Notes under the pieces: model-generated | The model's database searches: none | Seen by the model: only the letters and a program-made list of their open reading frames with translations | What the model was told of the DNA's origin: nothing | In this document: positions 19,372 to 29,542 of the stretch, piece by piece | Position numbering within the stretch: position 1 is the stretch's first letter | How the letters are laid out: each line of letters opens with the position of its first letter | Program-made: the position numbers and the translations under genes | From: an uncultured Verrucomicrobiae bacterium | GTDB taxonomy: Bacteria; Verrucomicrobiota; Verrucomicrobiia; Limisphaerales; JAFGQR01 | Assembly: GCA_963788655.1 (NCBI GenBank) | Contig: CAWBHS010000088.1 | Span: forward strand, 32,001-96,000 | Direction: 5' to 3' | Length of the DNA: 64,000 nucleotides

Positions 19372-20712
19372 ATGGATCCCGAACCCACCACCATTGTCCT
19401 GAAAATCCTGGCGGTCCTGGCGCTGGTGCTGATCAACGGCTTTTTTGTGATGGCGGAATTCGCCCTCGTCAAAGTCCGCGAGACGCAGCTTGAGCCGTTG
19501 ATTGCGCAAGGCCAGCGCCGGGCCAAAGCCGTGCGGAGCGTGTTGGGCAGCTTGGACCACTATTTGAGCGCCGCGCAAGTGGGCATCACCATTGCCAGCC
19601 TGGCGTTGGGATGGGTGGGGGAACCGGTGTTCGCCACATTGCTGCGGCCGTTGATGGAATGGTTGCACATCGACTCGGAGAGTATGCAGCACACGATTGC
19701 GTTTGTGGTCGGTTTCTCCGCGATCACGTTCCTGCACATCACGGCCGGCGAGCAGGCGCCGAAATGGCTGGCCATCCAGAAGCCATTGTCGGCTGCCTTG
19801 TGGGTGGCTTATCCGCTGGTCTGGTTTTGCCGCATCGCCTATCCCTTTATCTGGATCATCAACCAATCCTCGTTGTGGTTGTTGCGCCGCATGGGGATCA
19901 ATCCCGCCGGCGAACACGAAATGGTCCAGTCGGCCGAAGAGTTACGCCTGATGTTCGCGGCCATGCAAAAACGTCTGGGCGGTACGCCGCTGGGCAAAGA
20001 GATCGTGTTGAACGCGCTGGATTTGCACTTGCGCGTGGTTTTGGAAGTAATGCGTCCTCGCCAGGAGATCGTGGCCCTCAACACCCAGGCCAGTCTTACC
20101 GAATGCCTGGAGGTGGCGGAGAAAACCCGTTTCTCCCGCTTTCCCCTGTGCGAGGACGGCGACCCGGACAAGACTCTGGGGGTGGTTCACATGAAGGATT
20201 TGTACGCCATGCGGTTCCGGGCGAAGACGGGCGCGGACTTGCAGGCGGTGATGAAAGGATTGGTCTATTTCCCGGAGACAGCGCGGCTGGAAAAAGTGCT
20301 CCAAGCGTTGCTCGAACGGAAACTGCACCTGGCGGTGGTGGTCGATGAATACGGCGGCACCGTGGGATTAATTACGCTGGAAAACATCCTCGAGGAATTG
20401 GTGGGCCAAATTCAGGATGAGTTTGACACCGAGAAGCCGATGTTGGTGCAGACCTCGCCCGACTCCTGGGACGTGCTGGGATCGTTGCCGATGCATCATC
20501 TGGCCGAATTGGTGGACGAGCCATTGGAAGTCGAGGGCATCTCGACCGTGAGCGGCTGGGTGACGCACCAGTTGGGTGGTTTTCCCAAAGTGGGCGACCA
20601 ACTCACCTTGCGCCACTTCACTTTGCGGGTCGAGGAAACTGAAGCCCGACGTGTAGCCCGCATGCAGTTGACACGCCTGCCCGCACCCGAACCGGAAGCA
20701 AACTCGATTTGA
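19372..20712 (+). CDS. CNNM/CorB (hemolysin family) protein
   Basis: NGFFVMAEFALVK, QVGITIASLALGWVGEP, GEQAPK, FSRFP and VVDEYGGTVGLITLENILEELVG motifs. Confidence 0.92.
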   Translation: MDPEPTTIVLKILAVLALVLINGFFVMAEFALVKVRETQLEPLIAQGQRRAKAVRSVLGSLDHYLSAAQVGITIASLALGWVGEPVFATLLRPLMEWLHIDSESMQHTIAFVVGFSAITFLHITAGEQAPKWLAIQKPLSAALWVAYPLVWFCRIAYPFIWIINQSSLWLLRRMGINPAGEHEMVQSAEELRLMFAAMQKRLGGTPLGKEIVLNALDLHLRVVLEVMRPRQEIVALNTQASLTECLEVAEKTRFSRFPLCEDGDPDKTLGVVHMKDLYAMRFRAKTGADLQAVMKGLVYFPETARLEKVLQALLERKLHLAVVVDEYGGTVGLITLENILEELVGQIQDEFDTEKPMLVQTSPDSWDVLGSLPMHHLAELVDEPLEVEGISTVSGWVTHQLGGFPKVGDQLTLRHFTLRVEETEARRVARMQLTRLPAPEPEANSI

Positions 20713-20798
20713 ATCTGATACGACGGAGGGTTGCGGGAACCTTCGGCAATCGTTGGCCGTGGCGCCAACTGCGCAGCAGAATCTAGGCAGTTGATTAA

Positions 20799-21067
20799 GG
20801 GGAGCGCGCCCGCCCCGGTTGGCTTGGCGATTGAGCAGTCACTGATTCAATCCAGCTTTCAAGTCGAGGCTAATGCGAAATTGAATTGGAGCGCGGACAT
20901 TCCGGTCCGCTCGTGTAGCCCCATCCCCGCCGAGCGGACCGGAATGTCCGGGCTCCGGTTGAAGTCTCATCCTGAACGGGAATTGGAATGAACAGCGAGC
21001 GATTCGGGGTGTTCGATTAGGGACTGGCGAGGCGCCAACCACAGCGCCCGGGGCGGGCGCGTTCCCC
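20799..21067. repeat. Nested REP composite: outer IR enclosing a family C REP pair (20888-20956)
   Basis: GGGGAGCGCGCCCGCCCCGG (20799-20818) pairs with 21048-21067 with one mismatch; inner GGAGCGCGGACATTCCGGTCCGC pair. Lies between convergent genes. Confidence 0.75.
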
Positions 21068-21089
21068 TTTCTAACGGAATCGTTTCAGC

Positions 21090-22085
21090 TCAGTGCGGCT
21101 TCGGCAGATGCTCGCTGACCATTGAGCGTTCTTCCTTCAACTCATTCACGGACGCGTCGATCTTGGCGCGGCTGAAATCGTTGAGCGGCACGTCCTGGAC
21201 GACCTCCCATTTTTGGCCGTCGCTGCGGATCGGGAAGGAACTGATCAGGCCTTTCTCCACTTGGTAGCTGCCGTCCGAACAGATCGCGACACTGTGCCAG
21301 TCGCCGGTCGGCGTGGGCGTGATCAGCGTGCGGACGGTATCCACGACGGCATTGGCGGCGCTGGCGGCACTGGAGGCGCCGCGCGCTTTGATGATGGCCG
21401 CGCCGCGCTGTTGCACCGTGGCGAGGAAATCTTTCTCCAGCCATTCGCGGTGCCCGATGACTTCCGGGACCGGGCGGCCCTGGATTTTCGCGTTGAAAAA
21501 GTCGGGATACATCGTGGAGCTGTGGTTGCCCCAGATGGCGAGGTTGGTGACCGCGGTCACGTCCACGCTGGCCTTCTTGGCAAGCTGCGTCTTGGCGCGG
21601 TTTTCGTCCAGGCGCGTCATGGCGAAGAACCGGTCGCGCGGCACATCGGGCGCGTTGTTCATGGCAATGAGGCAGTTGGTGTTGCACGGATTGCCCACCA
21701 CCAGCACGCGGACGTCCTCGGCGGCGTTTTTCTCGATGGCCTGGCCCTGGCCGACGAAGATTTTGCCGTTGATGCCCAGCAGATCCTTCCGTTCCATGCC
21801 TTGTTTGCGGGGCACGCTGCCGACGAGCAACGCCCAGTTCACGCCGCGAAAACCTTCGTCCAGGCTGGCCGTCGGCACAATGCCTTTGAGCAGCGGGAAG
21901 GCGCAATCGTCCAGTTCCATGACCACGCCCTGAAGCGCGGGCAGGGCGGGTTCGATCTCGATCAGGTGCAGGATGACTGGTTGGTCCGGGCCAAACATCG
22001 CGCCGGAAGCAATGCGGAACAACAAGGCGTAACCGATTTGTCCGGCCGCGCCGGTGACGGCCACTCGAATAGGTGTCTTACTCAT
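21090..22085 (-). CDS. mdh: Malate dehydrogenase (type 2)
   Basis: [46 protein letters not shown] and [10 protein letters not shown] motifs. Confidence 0.97.
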   Translation of the reverse strand: MSKTPIRVAVTGAAGQIGYALLFRIASGAMFGPDQPVILHLIEIEPALPALQGVVMELDDCAFPLLKGIVPTASLDEGFRGVNWALLVGSVPRKQGMERKDLLGINGKIFVGQGQAIEKNAAEDVRVLVVGNPCNTNCLIAMNNAPDVPRDRFFAMTRLDENRAKTQLAKKASVDVTAVTNLAIWGNHSSTMYPDFFNAKIQGRPVPEVIGHREWLEKDFLATVQQRGAAIIKARGASSAASAANAVVDTVRTLITPTPTGDWHSVAICSDGSYQVEKGLISSFPIRSDGQKWEVVQDVPLNDFSRAKIDASVNELKEERSMVSEHLPKPH

Positions 22086-22109
22086 AAAGTTGATTAGTTA
22101 AGCGGGCGC

Positions 22110-22139
22110 AGTATAGGGAGTCCGGTTTTGCCAAGGCAA
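22110..22139 (-). promoter_or_regulatory. Putative sigma70 promoter of mdh
   Basis: Minus strand TTGCCT-N18-TATACT, ~25 nt before the ATG. Confidence 0.45.
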
Positions 22140-22383
22140 GCGGCAATCGCGGAGAGGACCTGGATCGGGTCGCACTAACCTCCGCAGGCCGAAGTGAAAT
22201 TGGAAAGCCATCCGGGATCCGAAATCCAAGGCCCGAACAGAATTCGAAGTGATGCGTCCACCTGCTGGGCATTTGGGCGCGCCATCGATGCCGCCCGCAA
22301 AAACAAAATCAATCGGAACGTATCATGTTCGCTCTCGACCTCCTCGTTGCGCACCGGGTCGCGCTGGCCAGATTGTGAACCTG

Positions 22384-22466
22384 TCACTTTGTCTTTGTTG
22401 TCACTTTGTTCACTTAGGACACCGTTCTCACTTTGTCTTTGTTTCATCTGTTTTGTGTCACTTTGT
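22384..22466. repeat. Four direct copies of TCACTTTGT
   Basis: Copies at 22384, 22401, 22428 and 22458 in the mdh-flagellin divergent spacer. Confidence 0.75.
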
Positions 22467-22552
22467 TCAGACCCGCTTCCTGCGGCAGGCGGTTGCCCTT
22501 GAGTTGGTTTACTTCGTTACTGGAGTACTGACTTATTATTACGCCGAACGGC

Positions 22553-22579
22553 TGAACTGGTTCTGATTTCTACCGATGA
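22553..22579 (+). promoter_or_regulatory. Putative sigma28 (FliA) promoter
   Basis: TGAA-N15-ACCGATGA versus consensus TAAA-N15-GCCGATAA, 160 nt upstream of flagellin. Confidence 0.6.
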
Positions 22580-22739
22580 CCTCAACATGGCGGCTCCGGG
22601 AGCGACCTAGGAAACAGATTTCCTCCCCGACTGGATGTCCATTTGACGACCGGCTGTTTTGGTCTGTTGCGGCGAATGACAAGCAGGGATTGCCGCCGCA
22701 AACAGAATCCCGCAGCCGGGATCACGGATCGAATGTACT

Positions 22740-23921
22740 ATGGTTGTTAATACGAATATCACGGCCCAGGGAGCCGCTCGCCTCCTGGGCGATGCGTCCC
22801 AGCGACTGTCTAAATCCCTGGCTCGGCTTTCTTCCGGCTCGAGAATTGTCTCGCCCGAAGACGATGCCGCGGGACTGGCAGTCTCAATGCGCTTTCAAGC
22901 ACAGATCAATCGAACTTCTGCCTCGATGCACAATCTTGGCAATGCGATTTCATTCAACCAGACACAGGATGGTTACATGCAAAAGATCGGCGCGGCGCTG
23001 GATCGGATGAGCGAACTGGCCATTCTGGCGCAGGATGTCACCAAGACCGATAACGATCGCGGATTATACAACCAGGAATTCCAGACGCTGGCCAGTTATG
23101 TCACCGACGTTGTTGCCAAGGACTTCAACGGCGTGAGTCTGTTTAGCAGCAGCGCGCTGAACGTGACGAGCGATGCCGACGGCGGCACGGTCGAGATGCA
23201 AGGGATCGAAGCGGAATTACCTCGCCGAGGCGACCACCCCGAGCGCACCGGTCCCGCCACCGCCAACCACTACCTTGGCAGAGTTGATCCCCGGCTTCAC
23301 CCTCGGTGGTTATCAGTACGACCGGGCTCGCTAGACGACCTTAGCGATGGAGGTTTTGCTGCGCAGTCGCTAAGCTGGTTCGTATCTACCTTGGACTTCG
23401 CCCTGGCAAACGCCGGCGGCGGGAGCGCGAGCTACGATTCTGGAACGGGAGAGCTCTCCGTAACTCTGGGGGCGGATCAGATCCTGTATACCCAATCCGG
23501 CGATGATGTCTTTTCCGGGCTTGGATTTTCGCCGTCGGATTTGGATAACACAGGAGGTGGTTCGCCCAAGACGGTGAGTGTGACATTGAGCATCCCTGGG
23601 CCTTCTACCCCGTCTGATGCTCCGGACATCAGCACGCTTGAAGGCGCGGCTTCGGCGCTGACCACCGTGAAATCGGCGATCAACCAATTGGCCACCGACC
23701 GCGCCACCGTCGGCGCAAACATCGCGCGCCTGAGCCTGACTTCGGAACAATTGGGCACGCTCAAGGACAATCTTACCGCCGCCAACAGCCGCATCAAGGA
23801 CGTGGACGTGGCCCAGGAGAGCACCGAATTCGCACGCTACAACATCCTGGTTCAGGCTGGCACCGCCATGCTGTCCCAGGCGAACACCGTCCCCCAATCC
23901 GTCTTGCGGCTTTTGGGTTGA
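22740..23921 (+). CDS. fliC: Flagellin
   Basis: N-terminal VNTNI...LARLSSGSRI..PEDDAAGLAVS and C-terminal SRIKDVDVAQESTEFARYNILVQAGTAMLSQAN..PQSVLRLLG. Confidence 0.95.
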   Translation: MVVNTNITAQGAARLLGDASQRLSKSLARLSSGSRIVSPEDDAAGLAVSMRFQAQINRTSASMHNLGNAISFNQTQDGYMQKIGAALDRMSELAILAQDVTKTDNDRGLYNQEFQTLASYVTDVVAKDFNGVSLFSSSALNVTSDADGGTVEMQGIEAELPRRGDHPERTGPATANHYLGRVDPRLHPRWLSVRPGSLDDLSDGGFAAQSLSWFVSTLDFALANAGGGSASYDSGTGELSVTLGADQILYTQSGDDVFSGLGFSPSDLDNTGGGSPKTVSVTLSIPGPSTPSDAPDISTLEGAASALTTVKSAINQLATDRATVGANIARLSLTSEQLGTLKDNLTAANSRIKDVDVAQESTEFARYNILVQAGTAMLSQANTVPQSVLRLLG

Positions 23922-24068
23922 AGTTGAACCGCGTGGTTACCGCTCTTGTCCGAGTCCAAACGGTACGGATTGACATCGGAAGCGAGCGATTGCAAAAACT
24001 CGTGGCTTGGTGTCGGCCTCATGGATGCCGGGCAGGTCAGCCCACGGGTTGGAGTATCCGGATCAAAG

Positions 24069-24290
24069 TCAGCGCTTCCACCACTTCAGAATCTGATTCA
24101 ATCGATGCAGGCGCAAATCGGGCGGACCGGTTCGGCTCAATCCATGACTGCGGTTGGTCGGGTAACGCACAAATCGCGTCGGCACGTTGTTCAGCTTCAG
24201 CACGGTGAACACTTGCTCCCCTTGCTCGATGTGGCAGCGCAGGTCAGCTTCGCTGTGGATGATCAGGGTGGGCGTCCGGCATTGGCCGGC
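24069..24290 (-). pseudogene. C-terminal remnant of an S9 family (prolyl oligopeptidase/acylaminoacyl) peptidase
   Basis: Manual translation: TPTLIIHSEADLRCHIEQGEQVFTVLKLNNVPTRFVRYPTNRSHGLSRTGPPDLRLHRLNQILKWWKR*. Carries the catalytic Asp/His region; in-frame stop just upstream, no start. Confidence 0.8.
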
Positions 24291-24410
24291 GGGCCGGCTT
24301 CACTTGGGAAAATGACTTTCCAAACCGAAGCGATGGCGAGAACTGGAAGGGCATGTCGGTAAGGCTCCGACCTTTCCGGTTTGGAAGACCGCCGTCTGGC
24401 GGCGGCTCTC

Positions 24411-24474
24411 AGAGCCTGTTTTAAAATTGGGCGAGGTCCTGCGGCGAGGGATTTTGGACGCGGGCGAGCCAACG
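24411..24474. mobile_element. Partial MITE/IS end abutting the truncated nrtR
   Basis: AGAGCCTGTTTTAAAA resembles the AGAGCGTGTTTGAA ends of the element at 58612-58733; the coding frame starts abruptly after it. Confidence 0.4.
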
Positions 24475-24941
24475 GAACAACTCTACAACTTTGGAGCCGT
24501 CCGGCGCGACCCGCGCGAACGGGTCGTCAGCGTCGCCTATTACGCGCTGGTCAAATTGGCGGATTTCGAAACCAAAGCCGCCACCGACGCGGCCGACGCC
24601 AAATGGTTTCCGATCACGAAAGTGCCCAAGCTCGCCTTTGATCATGCGGACATCTTCGCGACCGCACTGGCCCGACTCAAAGGCAAGGTGCGCTTTCAGC
24701 CGATCGGTTTCGAACCCTGCCGCCAAAGTTCACCCTGTCCCAACTCCAACACCTTTACGAAACGATCCTGGAAACCGATTTAGACAAGCGCAACTTCCGC
24801 AAAAAGCTCCTGAACTTCGGCCTGCTCGTACCGCTAAACGAAACCCAAATGATCGGCCGTCACCGCCCGGCCCAGTTGTTCCGCTTCAATGCGGACAAAT
24901 ACGAAAAGCTCAAACGAACAGGATTCAATTTTGAACTATGA
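24475..24941 (+). pseudogene. nrtR: 5'-truncated, frameshifted NrtR-like NUDIX/wHTH regulator
   Basis: [23 protein letters not shown]...LAFDH, frameshift at ~24715, then [27 protein letters not shown]...RPAQLFRF. N-terminal NUDIX half is absent. Confidence 0.8.
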
Positions 24942-24967
24942 GCCGCGACCAGAGAGCGAATGAGCCA

Positions 24968-25470
24968 ATGATCTCAAATCCAACAGCCAAACGACCGCCT
25001 GGCGGATCATTATTGCTGTCAGCATTCTGACATTGGCGACAATTATGGGATACTGGTTCTGGAACCCCGGTCTGGATATTCGCGACGGGCGCCATGATCG
25101 TGGCCGAAACGCGATCTGGCTCGCTCATGGATGGTTGGGTGGCGATGAATGGTTCACTCGCTACGGGAAGACCAATGAATTCGAGCGCTATCGCAATCCC
25201 AGCCGGATTCGTGAACTGGCGACGAAATTGCGGCGCCATCACATCACCAATGTGTTTCCGCATCTCTGCCCGGCAAACGTGGATGGCAGCCTCCCGCCGG
25301 TCAACGCGGCTCAAGTCGAACGATTCCTCAACGAATTTGAATGAATTCGAGTAATTCCATGGATTGGCGGCCCCAATGGAGCCAGTGTGCGCCTCCAGGA
25401 TGCCGTTTGGCACCGCGCCTTCACCGACAGCATGAAAGAGTTTGGGCTAGTCGGCGGTAAAATTCCTTTT
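24968..25470 (+). pseudogene. Disrupted exported protein (possibly glycoside-hydrolase-like)
   Basis: TM segment, then RGRNAIWLAHGWLG; in-frame TGA at 25342-25344 followed by plausible IRVIPWIGG; start codon out of frame. Confidence 0.45.
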
Positions 25471-25780
25471 GGGCGTCGTTAAGGCTCTGCGTATTCAGCG
25501 AGCGATACGTGGGTTCCCCCAGAATCGAGGGACGTTCATAGAACATCGGTGTTCCCAGATGCCGTCGGCGGCTCGTCGCCGGGTTTTGGGGTGTTGATCT
25601 GGGGATGGATCGGTGGGCGGGGTGGCCCGTTCGGTCGTGCGTTTTGTCTTCATGGTGTCGGGGCGACACCACGCTCGGTGCATCTGATGTCAGTGTATAA
25701 GAAACGTATAAGTCATCAGATGTCGTGTTGAGTGGGAACTCAGAAGCCTTCCGTAACTCGTTGGTATTCGAGCAAGTTAG

Positions 25781-25858
25781 TGGTCGGGGCGGTGAGATTC
25801 GAACTCACGACCTTCTGAACCCCATTCAGACGCGCTAGCCAGGCTACGCTACGCCCCG
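25781..25858 (-). tRNA. tRNA-Pro(GGG)
   Basis: Acceptor stem CGGGGCG/CGCCCCG plus ACCA, anticodon arm TCTGA-ATGGGGT-TCAGA, T-loop TTCGAAT. Confidence 0.96.
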
Positions 25859-25894
25859 ACGATTTTGCTCGGCTTGAAAGCCAAATTCCCGAGT

Positions 25895-25922
25895 AGTCTA
25901 ACGGCCGATCACCGGATTTCAA
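25895..25922 (-). promoter_or_regulatory. Putative sigma70 promoter of tRNA-Pro
   Basis: Minus strand TTGAAA-N16-TAGACT. Confidence 0.5.
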
Positions 25923-25988
25923 CAACTTTTAACGCCTTGGCGATTATTCGGTGGTGGTCCACAGCATTGCTTCGATGCGCGGGGACCT

Positions 25989-27530
25989 TTATTCGAGGAC
26001 TTTGATAACGATGGCCGTGACGTCGTCGTCTTGAGGTCTGTCTTTCGAGAAGTTCCGAACCGCATTGTACAGCAGTTTCACGATGGCCTGCGCGGGTTGG
26101 TCTCGATTGGTTCGCACCAGATCCAGCGTACGTTCAATGCCGAACATCTGATTCTCGGCGGTCATGCTCTCCTCAATGCCATCGGTGGACAACAACAGAA
26201 TATCGCCGGCGGCCAGATGAATCTCCTCTGAGGTGCGGTACGTGGTGCGCGGGTGCAATCCCAGTGGCATACCGCTGCGGGGCATCTTGCGTTTTACGTG
26301 GCCATCGGCATCCAGCAAATAGGCGGGTGGATGACCGGCATTGGCGAACGTCAGCGACCGGGTTTCCGGATCGAGACGCGCCAGGAACAACGTGACATAC
26401 CGCTCGTGGCCCACGTCTTCGGCCAACACGACATTGGCGAGCGTAAGAATTTCTCCGACATCGTCGCGGCGGGTGCTGAGCAAATGCAAGTAGGCTCTCG
26501 TTTCGGCCATCAACATGGCGGGGCCGACTCCGTGTCCGGTCACGTCGCCAACCACAATCCCCAGACGACCGTGGAGCATGGGCAGGTAATCGAAGTAATC
26601 CCCGCCGGTGGCCTCCGTCGGATAGGAGGCCCCGCCGATGTCGAAGCCTTTCAACGCCGGGGCGTGCTTGGGAAACAACCGTTGTTGGATTTCGCGGGCG
26701 ACGCGAAATTGTTCTTCATTGTCCCGCAGGGCCCGCTCCGCCCGTTTGCGCTCGGTGATGTCACGAATGAAGCCCACAAAGCGCCGCTCGCCGTCCATGG
26801 TCATGTCGCTGTAACTGACCTCCACCGGAATTTGGGCGCCGTCCTTGCGCAGGCCAATGGTTTCGGTGGCGCGCCAATTCATTCGTTTAATGCCCGTCTG
26901 GAGGTAGCGGGTGATCCCGCCCAGATGGTTCCCGCGCAATTCCGGTGGTTGCAGAACCGTGAGATTCTTCCCGATAATTTCCTCCGGCGTATAACCAAAC
27001 ACGTCTTTAACCGCCGGATTGGCAAACAGGATTTTGCCGTCCCGATTCATTAGAATGACGGCGTCCGGGCACGTTTCCCACAGCAGGCGGTAGCGTTTTT
27101 CACTTTCGTGCAGGGCGATCTTGGCTTCCCGTTGGCTGGCCCGGATGGCGGCTTCGCGCAGCTCACGTTCCACGGCGGGCGCCAGGCGGTTCAAGTTGCC
27201 TTTCATCAAGTAATCGTGAGCGCCTGCTTTCATGGCCTCCACGGCGACATCTTCGCCGATGCCCCCGGAAACAATGACGAAGGGCAAATCGAGTTGGCTG
27301 TCCTGCGCGATCTTCAATGCCGCCAGGGCGTTAAAGTCCGGCAAATTATAATCGGCGAGAATGACGTCCCACTGCTTGTTCGTCAGCGCGGCTTTCATCT
27401 GCTCACCCGTTTCCACCCGTTCAAAAGCGGGCTCATACCCTCCTTTGCGGAGGATGTTCACCATCATTTGCGCATCAAACTCCGAATCTTCGACAATCAG
27501 CGCACGTAAAGCAGTCTTCATAGTTGACAT
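25989..27530 (-). CDS. REC-PAS-PP2C (SpoIIE/RsbU-like) phosphatase
   Basis: Receiver LIVEDS..DVILADYNLP; PAS domain; AREIQQRLFP, GGDYFD, GDVTGHG, NAGHPP, TDGIEE and DDVTAIV motifs. Start trimmed to ATG 27530. Confidence 0.93.
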   Translation of the reverse strand: MSTMKTALRALIVEDSEFDAQMMVNILRKGGYEPAFERVETGEQMKAALTNKQWDVILADYNLPDFNALAALKIAQDSQLDLPFVIVSGGIGEDVAVEAMKAGAHDYLMKGNLNRLAPAVERELREAAIRASQREAKIALHESEKRYRLLWETCPDAVILMNRDGKILFANPAVKDVFGYTPEEIIGKNLTVLQPPELRGNHLGGITRYLQTGIKRMNWRATETIGLRKDGAQIPVEVSYSDMTMDGERRFVGFIRDITERKRAERALRDNEEQFRVAREIQQRLFPKHAPALKGFDIGGASYPTEATGGDYFDYLPMLHGRLGIVVGDVTGHGVGPAMLMAETRAYLHLLSTRRDDVGEILTLANVVLAEDVGHERYVTLFLARLDPETRSLTFANAGHPPAYLLDADGHVKRKMPRSGMPLGLHPRTTYRTSEEIHLAAGDILLLSTDGIEESMTAENQMFGIERTLDLVRTNRDQPAQAIVKLLYNAVRNFSKDRPQDDDVTAIVIKVLE

Positions 27531-27648
27531 GTGATTCCGGGGCCGCCAAGCCATCCCGCCGTCCACACCAGTTACTTTTTGAGTGTAACTGAAAATCCCC
27601 GGCGTGCCAGTGGATTTGATTGGTGCGGTTGGGTTTGAACGCAGCCGC

Positions 27649-28041
27649 TTAGCGGTGTTTGCTTTGCCCTCCCAGCGCGAAATAAAATCCAAAGCTGCCC
27701 CCCAGCAGAATCATAATCAAGGTGAGGGTGCGAAGCTGATGCAGGTGTGTGAGGAAATAGCTCAGGCTGTCGTCGGCCAGGAAAGGAAAGCCACGCCATT
27801 CGGCCAGCACACCCAACGCCAGAGCCAGGAATCCGCACAATCCTGCAAACGCCCACGAGCGGTGATGGATGAGCAAACCGCCGCCAAATCCCAATAACGC
27901 ACCCGGCAACGCCAGCATGTAAAAGCCCTGCCGGGCTACCCAGAGAAACACCACATAACCGAGCGCGCCTCCGGCCATCGCTCCGCCCAATCCAAGTAGA
28001 AAGTTGGCGGCGGTGTCGGGCTTGCGCAGGCGCGCGTCCAT
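27649..28041 (-). CDS. Small multi-TM hypothetical protein
   Basis: About four Gly-rich hydrophobic helices; directly downstream of recA. Confidence 0.65.
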   Translation of the reverse strand: MDARLRKPDTAANFLLGLGGAMAGGALGYVVFLWVARQGFYMLALPGALLGFGGGLLIHHRSWAFAGLCGFLALALGVLAEWRGFPFLADDSLSYFLTHLHQLRTLTLIMILLGGSFGFYFALGGQSKHR

Positions 28042-28063
28042 AACGGGGAAAACGGGACCGTGT

Positions 28064-29143
28064 TTACGGCGCCGGCGGCGCGGCGCGTTTAGCCAGGATG
28101 GCATCGACGATCTTTTGCGCCAGCTCCGGCTTTTCGACCAGCGCCAGCTGGGCAGCTTCCTTGCCCTGGCCGATCAATTCGCCATTGAATTGCATCCAGG
28201 CGCCTTTCTTTTCCACCACGCCATCGTTGATGCCGACTTCCAGGATGCTGCCTTCCTTGTTGATGCCGTGATTGTAGATGATGTCAAACTCGGCTTCGGC
28301 AAACGGCGGCGCCACCTTGTTCTTCACAACCTTGACTTTGACGTGATTGCCAACGGCGTTGCCGGACGCATCCTTGAGCGTTTCCTTGCGGCGGATGTCG
28401 ATGCCGCACGCTGGCGTAAAACTTCAGCGCCTTGCCGCCCGGGCGTGGTTTCGGGATTGCCAAACATCACGCCGACTTTCTCGCGAATTTGGTTGGTGAA
28501 AATGCAGGTCGTCTTGGCCTTTGCCAGAATGGCGGTGAGCTTGCGCAGCGCCTGGCTCATCAACCGCGCCTGCATGCCCATGGTGGCCATGCCCATTTCG
28601 CCTTCCAGTTCGGCCTTGGGCACCAGCGCGGCGACGGAATCCACCACGATGACGTCCAGCGCGTTGGAGCGCGCGAGGGTTTCGCAAATGCGTCAGCGCC
28701 TCTTCGCCGCTGTCCGGCTGCGAAACCAGCAAATCGTCCAGGTTCACGCCCAGCTTTTTGGCGTAGCCGGGATCCAGCGCGTGTTCGGCGTCAATGAAGG
28801 CCGCCAGACCGCCGGCTTTTTGCGCGTTGGCAATGACGTGGAGCATGAGCGTAGTTTTGCCCGAGGATTCCGGGCCATAAATTTCCACCACCCGGCCGCG
28901 CGGAATGCCGCCCACGCCCAGCGCCAGATCCACGCCCAGCGCGCCGGTGGGGATGACTTCGATTTTGACCCGCGCGTGTTCATCGCCCAGTCGCATGATG
29001 CTGCCTTCACCGTAGGATTTGGTGATCGCTGAGATGGCGGCATCCAGATCGCGTTGGCGGGTGGCGCTGAGTTTGGCGGCCTCGGCGGCTTTCGCGTCCG
29101 GCGTTTTGGTTTCATTGTTTTTTTCGGCAGCTTTGGGTGGCAT
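28064..29143 (-). CDS. recA: RecA, broken by three single-base insertions (probably sequence errors)
   Basis: [53 protein letters not shown] and KNKVAPPF motifs spread over three frames; shifts near 28692, 28440 and 28404. Confidence 0.93.
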
Positions 29144-29272
29144 AAGTTTGTTGTCGTTTGCTTTAGCGTCCTGGTTCTCGTTGCAGGGATGGTAATAAAT
29201 AAGTGGCCGGGCGAAGTCAATCCTTGGATTTCACCTGAACCCACCTTGGGCGAGGATTTCAAATTCGTCAAT

Positions 29273-29340
29273 CGGAGCGCGGACAAGAATGTCCGTCTGC
29301 CCGGCATCAACCACAGGCGGACAGGAATGTCTGCGCTCCG
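29273..29340. repeat. REP inverted pair, family C
   Basis: CGGAGCGCGGACAAGAATGTCCG ... GGACAGGAATGTCTGCGCTCCG. Confidence 0.75.
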
Positions 29341-29542
29341 ACCAAGGTGGGACGCGCCTACGCCGAAGGTCGAGTCCGAATAAAGCTTTTCGATTCGATT
29401 ATGAACCGTTACAACAGCGGCGTTGCCGTTAGGCACGTTGCGCCGCCGCAGTTGCGGTCCAGGAATAAGTGGCAAGTCGCGCTGGCCGCGCCGCCGCAAC
29501 GCCAGTGGCCGACACGACGTTAAACAGGCAGAATCGACAACT

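Noticed and set aside
23205..23330. Novel Arg/His-rich insert in flagellin
   Set aside because: Another frame reads NYLAEATTPSAPVPPPPTTTLAELIPGFTLGGYQYD, which fits the composition of the rest. Probably compensating indel errors.
28064..29143. recA as a true pseudogene or recoding case
   Set aside because: Three isolated +1 insertions restore the original frame and all motifs are otherwise intact. With similar indels elsewhere in the window, sequencing error is more likely. Needs read-level confirmation.
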